A DNA stretch of 62,041 nucleotides, the filler included. It is 6 parts of 6 records of this genome, joined end to end, with 100 filler letters (N's around TTAATTAATTAA, not from the genome) between each part and the next. Parts side by side here need not be neighbours in the genome. Positions count along the whole stretch, not along the records: positions 41,865 to 62,041 come from DRR723986_2432; 5 more parts are not named here. One strand, 5' to 3'. Of the stretch, positions 61,588-62,041 are shown piece after piece. Each line of letters opens with the position of its first letter. Positions within the stretch are counted from its first letter, which is position 1. The notes beneath the pieces are model-generated. The model did not search any database. It was not told the origin of the DNA and worked only from the letters and a program-made list of their open reading frames with translations. The translations under genes were made by a program, and so were the position numbers.

Positions 61588-62041
61588 ATGACACATCCGA
61601 GAAATACCATTTGCCTCTGGTTCAACGGCCAGGCTGAGGAGGCCGCTCAGTTTTATACCAGCATCTTCCCCGATTCCTCAGTCGGCAGGATATTGCGCGC
61701 ACCCGGGGATTATCCCGCCGGATCCAGGGGCGACGTCTTAACGGTTGAATTTACGGTGCTTGGCGTTCCCTGTCTTGGGCTCAACGGCGGCCCCGCCTTC
61801 CAGCATAACGAGGCCTTCTCTTTCCAGATTGCGACTTGGGACCAGGAAGAAACAGATCGCTATTGGCATGCCATAGTCGATAACGGGGGCGAGGAAAGTG
61901 CGTGCGGATGGTGCAAAGACAAGTGGGGACTTTCGTGGCAGATAACCCCTGTGGCCCTTACCGAGGCGATCAATAACCCGGACCCCAATGTTGCCAAGCG
62001 TGCCTTCGACGCCATGATGACCATGGGAAAAATCGATATTG
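61588..62041 (+). CDS. VOC/PhnB-like (3-demethylubiquinone-9 3-methyltransferase domain) protein, runs off the window
   Basis: Manual translation: MTHPRNTICLWF...AEEAAQFY...LNGGP...CGWCKDKWGLSWQI; AGGAGG upstream. Confidence 0.9.
   Translation, partial: MTHPRNTICLWFNGQAEEAAQFYTSIFPDSSVGRILRAPGDYPAGSRGDVLTVEFTVLGVPCLGLNGGPAFQHNEAFSFQIATWDQEETDRYWHAIVDNGGEESACGWCKDKWGLSWQITPVALTEAINNPDPNVAKRAFDAMMTMGKIDI

Noticed and set aside
61588-62041. PhnB-like gene as part of the phosphonate pathway
   Set aside because: The family name is historical; no Pho box or PhnR operator upstream, and it lies beyond the GST/WYL pair

Overview
The window is six unrelated contigs joined by 100-nt spacers (N44-TTAATTAATTAA-N44), so gene neighbourhoods only count within a segment. 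Segment 1 (1-6766, lower GC, possibly FCB group) has a DUF1353-like gene, an unassigned 1107-aa membrane protein and an HI0933-family flavoprotein. Segment 2 (6867-15448, Rhodobacteraceae-like) has tkt, zapA, grxD, bolA, purL, a SorY/suhB-like sRNA, an LsrB/VtlR-like LysR, an acyltransferase and murI. Segment 3 (15549-22170, alphaproteobacterial) has an Fe3+ ABC permease, an FtsH paralogue, a HAMP-GGDEF-EAL protein and a CoA-transferase B fragment. Segment 4 (22271-35531, Roseobacter-like) has an SDR, an FeS photolyase/cryptochrome, nadE, a MORN protein, gltX, a MATE and a truncated glycine riboswitch. Segment 5 (35632-41764, FCB-like) has a beta-barrel gene, ydbS/ydbT-like genes, era and a Fic protein lacking its catalytic His. 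Segment 6 (41865-62041, Marinobacter-like) has liuDE and an extended 2-aminoethylphosphonate (AEP) locus. The main finding is in that locus. Five promoters each carry a Pho box exactly 10 nt upstream of a -10 hexamer, and four also carry TGGT-N4-ACCA GntR/HutC-type operators (six copies). This places a large lipoprotein metallophosphoesterase with a putative carbohydrate-binding domain and a HAD-IB phosphatase in the PhnR regulon, and a DMT transporter follows the AEP ABC operon. I infer an undescribed module for releasing AEP from phosphonate esters (phosphonolipids/phosphonoglycans). Taxonomic and family calls come from motif recognition only; no searches were run.
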